A DNA stretch of 24,000 bases, taken from NCBI GenBank assembly GCA_964448675.1, contig CAYUZU010000013.1, positions 53,328-77,327 on the forward strand, given 5' to 3'. Below the pieces are notes generated by a model. The model worked only from the letters and a program-made list of their open reading frames with translations. It was not told where the DNA came from and did no database searches. Shown in pieces: positions 23,062-24,000 of this stretch. Made by a program: the position numbers and the translations under genes. Numbering within the stretch: the stretch's first letter is position 1; every line of letters begins with the position of its first letter. Source of the DNA: an uncultured Planctomycetales bacterium (lineage in GTDB: Bacteria; Planctomycetota; Phycisphaerae; UBA1845; Fen-1342).

Positions 23062-24000
23062 GCCGTGCCTCGTCCGCGACGGCGGCGCCCAGCTCATACG
23101 CCGAGATTCGCTGCGCTGTCGCCAGAATGACGTGTTCCGCCGTCCAGATGACCTGCCGCGCGTCGTCGAGACCGTCGATCGGCGGCACGCGAACCGGCCG
23201 CCCCGCGGGCAGCGCGAAAACGCGCAGCTCGCCCAGTTTCATCCAAGCAACATAGCGGCCACCGCGCGATACACGGACGACACCATCGTTCGCGCTCGTG
23301 CCGGGAAGCGGCCGAACCCAGCGCAGCTCACCCTTCGGCAAACCGTAGGCGCGCAGCCGGGTTCGCCCAGCGATCAGGAGCAAGCTGCCGCGCAGCGGGT
23401 CGGCAGGTGCAGTCGTCGTGCCCGTCCCCTGCCAAGCCGCTATCCGTGTGCGATAGGCGGCCTCGCCAAGCTTCACGCGCCGCCAGTCCCCGCCATCGGT
23501 CAATACGTGCAGCGTGTCGTCGCTCACGCACGCGAACGTCTTGCCCCACAAGCCGCTCCAAACGGGCGCGGCCCCAGGCAGTTCGAGCGGGGCCCCCGAA
23601 CGGTGCGTTGCGAGATTCATCATCGTCACTGCGCCGTGATCGCCGCGCGTCTGCACGACCGCCGCGTGCGACGCGGTCGCGACCAGCTCACTGGCCGCCC
23701 GCCGTGCGAGGTCGCGTGTCCACTTCGGCCTGCCGGTGTGGAGGTCGAGCAGCACGACGCGGCCCTGGTCGTTGACCGCGATGACGCCCGCATCCGTCAG
23801 GGCGGCGTGCGTCCAGCGGGGGATCGTCTCCGGATCCCCTTCGATGTGCGCCGGCGGGGACTCGTCGCCGCGCTGCCAGCGAAACTCGGCGGGGTGGTCA
23901 AGGGACAGGACCCCAATCGCAAACGGCCCGAAGCAGCAGACGTACCGCGCGCGGGCGTCTGACCGCGGGTGATCCGCCAACCGAAAGACGCCGGCGGCGT
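23021..24000 (-). CDS. PQQ-like beta-propeller repeat protein (BamB-like fold), probably 5'-truncated by the window edge
   Basis: The minus-strand frame is open from the TGA (complement of 23021-23023) to the window end. The track start at 23980 is a TTG, and the frame continues upstream. Two copies of the propeller-blade motif are present: LLDLHTGRPKWTRDL and YGLPKGELRWVRPL. The plus-strand ORF 23132..23962 is Arg-rich junk. Family-level guess only. Confidence 0.45.
   Translation of the reverse strand, partial: AAGVFRLADHPRSDARARYVCCFGPFAIGVLSLDHPAEFRWQRGDESPPAHIEGDPETIPRWTHAALTDAGVIAVNDQGRVVLLDLHTGRPKWTRDLARRAASELVATASHAAVVQTRGDHGAVTMMNLATHRSGAPLELPGAAPVWSGLWGKTFACVSDDTLHVLTDGGDWRRVKLGEAAYRTRIAAWQGTGTTTAPADPLRGSLLLIAGRTRLRAYGLPKGELRWVRPLPGTSANDGVVRVSRGGRYVAWMKLGELRVFALPAGRPVRVPPIDGLDDARQVIWTAEHVILATAQRISAYELGAAVADEARPTRTNDRRAPGSD

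Noticed and set aside
1-24000. Search for CRISPR arrays, IS elements, integrases, prophage genes, toxin-antitoxin or other defence modules.
   Set aside because: No spaced direct repeats, terminal inverted repeats, or transposase, recombinase or nuclease motifs were seen in any frame. The window looks like core envelope-biogenesis chromosome.

Overview
GC-rich, gene-dense 24-kb window; codon position 3 is almost always G/C. It appears to come from a diderm bacterium, given LptB, a PEP-CTERM sorting signal and peptidoglycan genes. Composition and gene content would fit a Planctomycetota/Phycisphaerae-like high-GC environmental lineage, but taxonomy cannot be established from this window. I can support 19 protein-coding genes, almost all related to the cell envelope. 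In order: a membrane protein and a tryptophanase-type lyase; a SEDS (RodA/FtsW) protein; a minus-strand dcw fragment murC-murB-ddl-ftsQ-like followed by an unknown polytopic membrane protein; a small lower-GC membrane protein; a PEP-CTERM secreted protein; an O-antigen-ligase-like protein with a long helical C-terminal domain; a DUF2961/GH172 protein; a small secreted protein with two secretin-N-like modules; a DUF502 protein; a SAM methyltransferase; two tandem atypical signal peptidase I paralogs; lptB; and a partial beta-propeller gene. I see no rRNA or tRNA genes, CRISPR arrays, transposases, integrases or recognisable defence genes. This reads as core chromosome, not an accessory island, and I do not claim a new system. 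Most worth a second look: (1) the tandem signal peptidases, both with a four-Cys zinc-ribbon-like insertion right after the catalytic Ser box and an oversized domain II; (2) the dcw fragment that ends in an uncharacterised membrane protein where ftsA/ftsZ normally sit; (3) the orphan secretin-N-domain protein with Arg-rich repeats; (4) the PEP-CTERM protein beside an O-antigen-ligase-like fusion; (5) an AT-rich intergenic island with a terminator-like hairpin and a long leader hairpin upstream of lptB. All functional calls rest on motifs recognised by eye in the supplied translations. No database search, HMM or folding computation was possible.
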